A stretch of 64,000 bases of DNA from Cyanophora paradoxa CCMP329. Its lineage: Eukaryota > Plantae > Glaucophyta. The notes beneath the pieces were generated by a model. It was not told the origin of the DNA. It saw only the letters and a program-made list of their open reading frames with translations, and ran no database searches. The stretch covers positions 20,021 through 84,020 of the forward strand of contig QPMI01000259.1 in NCBI GenBank assembly GCA_004431415.1, in the 5' to 3' direction. The translations under genes were made by a program, and so were the position numbers. This document shows positions 62,501 through 64,000 of this stretch, one piece after another. The stretch's first letter is position 1. Each line of letters begins with the position of its first letter.

Positions 62501-62854
62501 TCTCCCGTCGTCGCCATCTTCAGGCACTCGATGACCGTCTGTACGGCAGTCAGGCGCGCTAGCGGCGGCTCCTAAGCCCTTCGCAGCACAACACACCGTC
62601 TTTCCAGCTCCATTGGGTCCGACAATGAGCGTGAGCGGCTGCGGGTAGGACCTGTCGGCGCAGCGCGGGAGGTGAACGCTTCCGGCGCACCTTGTAGAAT
62701 TCGATGACCGACTCGTTGTGCGGACTGAAGCTTCGTATGCCCTTTATGAGCAGCTTGTCCACCTGCGCGGCCCCGTGTCGGCATCTCGGTCAGCGCGGAG
62801 GTGAATGCTCCCTCGCGCGCTGCGATCGACCCCTCGCGGTCGCATGTTAGTCAT
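56592..62854 (-). CDS. RAD50: DNA repair protein RAD50 (~40 introns)
   Basis: [12 protein letters not shown], Walker [16 protein letters not shown]|DDSNWPL, zinc hook [37 protein letters not shown]. Confidence 0.97.
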
Positions 62855-62970
62855 GCCGAGCCCCCTCGCGGTTTGAGCGTCGCTGCGAACGCACCGTCGC
62901 CATCGCCGCGACGTCAGAAAGGGGGTCGCTCAAACCACCTGACGAGCCTTTACCCCCCACCCTCGCCCAG

Positions 62971-64000
62971 ATGGCCTTCTTGGCCCTCGCGCCGCTGCAG
63001 CTCAACTCCGCAAGCTCCCTCGGGATCAGCGTGTTGAAACCGGCCGTCCGCGCCCTGCCGGCTGGCGCCAGGCGCAGTGCCCCATCCAGATCTGCTGTTC
63101 TCGTCGCTCAGCTCGAACGTGCGTCGAACGACGCGCCACGGCGGCGGTTTCTTGCGAGAACCAGCAGCGTGGCCGCGGCGTTCGCGCTTTCCCTCGCCAA
63201 GCCTCCCGCTGCACGGACGGAGGACGACGCCGGTGACGCCGAGCTCGAGCGGCCGAGCTACGTGCCCACAGGGGACCTCGCGGTCACCGACAAGGTTTTC
63301 CTGGGGATAGCGATCGACGGTATTGTCGTCGGTCGGCTGACGATCGGCCTCTTCGGCGATGCCGTGCCCGGCACCACCCAGGTCGTCCCGCGCCGCGTTT
63401 CCGCCGCGGTCCTACCCCGGGCCTGGCACCCGCCTCTAGCGCGGCGCGGCGCTGACGCCACGGCAGCGCTTCAAAGAGCTGTGCAGGCCCGGCAGCGCTA
63501 CTAGCTACCGGGGGACCCGGTTCTATCGCGTCGTTCGGGACTACGCGGCGCAGGTGCGCGCGCGCGGGGCGCCCCCGCGGGGCGCCCTCGGCCGGTGAGC
63601 CTCGGGCGGGGCAGGCGGGGGACGTGGAGCTGGACAGCGGACAGGGGCGGGGCGGGGAGGCCGACCCCGAGACCCTCTCCATAAGCCACGCCGGGCGCGG
63701 CATCGTCGTGCGGCCCTCGCCCCCCGCCACCCGCCGCCGGCCCGACCGGCACACCGCAGTCGATGGTGACGCACGGCGCGCGGAAGACCGTCGGCAGCCG
63801 CTTCTTCATCACACTCGCCTCCGACAACGGCTGGTGCTTCCTCGCCTCTCCCCTCGCCTCCTCACTCTCGATCCAGGGCTGACCTGGCGGCACCTCAGGG
63901 CGGACGGCAAGTTCACAGTGGTGGGGCGGGTCCTCGACGGTCTCGACGTGCTGGACCAGATCAATAGCGTCCGCACATCCCCTGGCAAAAACACGCCCTT
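62971..64000 (+). CDS. Cyclophilin-type PPIase-like protein, probably thylakoid lumen (partial, runs off window)
   Basis: MAF.. transit peptide, RRRFL + hydrophobic stretch (Tat-like), VTDKVFLGIAIDG..GRLTIGLFGDAVPGT, YRGTRFYRVV, GSRFFITL, DGKFTVVGRVLDG. Confidence 0.85.

Noticed and set aside
62763-62854. Possible AT-AG first intron of RAD50 (MTN|VDKLL would mimic the usual N-terminus)
   Set aside because: An in-phase GT donor 15 nt downstream gives MTNMRPRG|VDKLL; cannot be decided without cDNA

Overview
Eukaryotic nuclear DNA, GC-rich and dense in very short introns, so the ORF track only shows exon fragments; all gene models were reconstructed by eye and exon boundaries are approximate. 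Plastid-targeted proteins without signal peptides and with an N-proximal Phe (MAF..., ..PAF.., ..AAFASP..) suggest a primary-plastid alga, most consistent with a glaucophyte such as Cyanophora (inference). About 18 genes: an RS-rich conserved protein, a 6xC2 protein, a Pro-rich protein, a RAP-domain helical-repeat protein, RPL24, RLP24, GSK3/shaggy kinase, a crystallin-like coiled-coil protein (partly duplicated), an unknown repeat protein, an apparent Vps53N-PATROL1/Munc13-like fusion, RmlC, a PLAT-C2-MCTP-like protein, an NT-C2 protein, phytol kinase, an SK-type K+ channel, NAA50, phytoene synthase, RAD50 and a lumenal cyclophilin. The first 20 kb also holds five copies of a structured dispersed repeat, associated minisatellites and a long-TIR element. 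Highlights: eL24 and its assembly placeholder Rlp24 share a 316-bp divergent promoter; a fusion of two CATCHR-family tethers; repeat copies that diverge mainly by palindrome-creating micro-insertions; roughly a third of RAD50 donors are GC; a duplication giving two unrelated genes the same promoter. No CRISPR, rRNA or tRNA genes were seen.
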